IMG/VR virus record: IMGVR_UViG_3300014204_000185
Location: 2,896-66,895 of that record
Direction: 5' to 3' (one strand)
Source: a virus
Lineage: Duplodnaviria; Caudoviricetes
DNA length: 64,000 bases
The notes beneath the pieces are model-generated. The model had not been told where the DNA came from, searched no databases, and saw only the letters and a list, made by a program, of their open reading frames with translations. Positions 63,835 through 64,000 of this stretch are shown here, piece by piece (the stretch's first letter is position 1; each line of letters starts with the position of its first letter). The translations under genes and the position numbers were made by a program.

Positions 63835-64000
63835 TGCAGACGTGATGGAAACCATAAGCAAGGATCAAGCCAAAAATGACAAGAAGAACAAACAAAAGCA
63901 TAATAAATTCACGATCAAGCGCAATCAAGAGGAATAATCAACAATAACAATGAGATGGTGGGGGGTAGGTCAAATCTCTATGAGTATCGCAAGGTTAACA

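Noticed and set aside
63725-63937. 70-aa ORF at the right end
   Set aside because: Overlaps a strong promoter, has no RBS and lies in low-complexity A-rich DNA.

Overview
This window looks like most of the genome of a tailed dsDNA phage with siphovirus-type organisation. The host cannot be determined from sequence alone. No terminase, integrase, repressor or DNA polymerase is visible. Layout: (i) 1-5.3 kb (+): accessory block with a DRB0094/Rnl5-type RNA ligase, small ORFs, an HTH gene, tRNA-Asn(GTT) and tRNA-Gln(TTG). (ii) 5.3-32.6 kb (+): HK97-type portal, Clp protease, major capsid, putative decoration proteins, an internal lysis cassette, neck and fibre genes, a SAM-methyltransferase plus triple glycosyltransferase insert, tail tube, tail chaperone with a -1 frameshift, tape measure and a large tail-tip protein. 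(iii) 32.6-46 kb (-): early operon with a RecT/RecE-like/AAA module and an 8-aa repeat protein; its 5' part holds a tRNA-like element and three further stem-closed RNA domains. (iv) 46.1-57.8 kb (+): SpoU methyltransferase, N4/N6 DNA methyltransferase, radical SAM, PAPS-reductase-like protein, RtcB, a second RNA ligase, a C5 methyltransferase encoded in two overlapping frames, a metallophosphoesterase and a replication initiator. (v) 58-63.5 kb (-): small early genes under a sigma70-type promoter, saturated with a strand-polarised GGTATG hexamer (38 copies by hand count in 4.8 kb, no reverse-complement copy seen). The strongest leads are this polarised motif field near a probable genome end, the three-ligase RNA-repair set with tRNAs, the candidate small-RNA array, a duplicated covarying leader before the capsid and tail-tube genes, and the glycosylation insert among virion genes. 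All family assignments are motif-based from reading the sequence; no database search was run.
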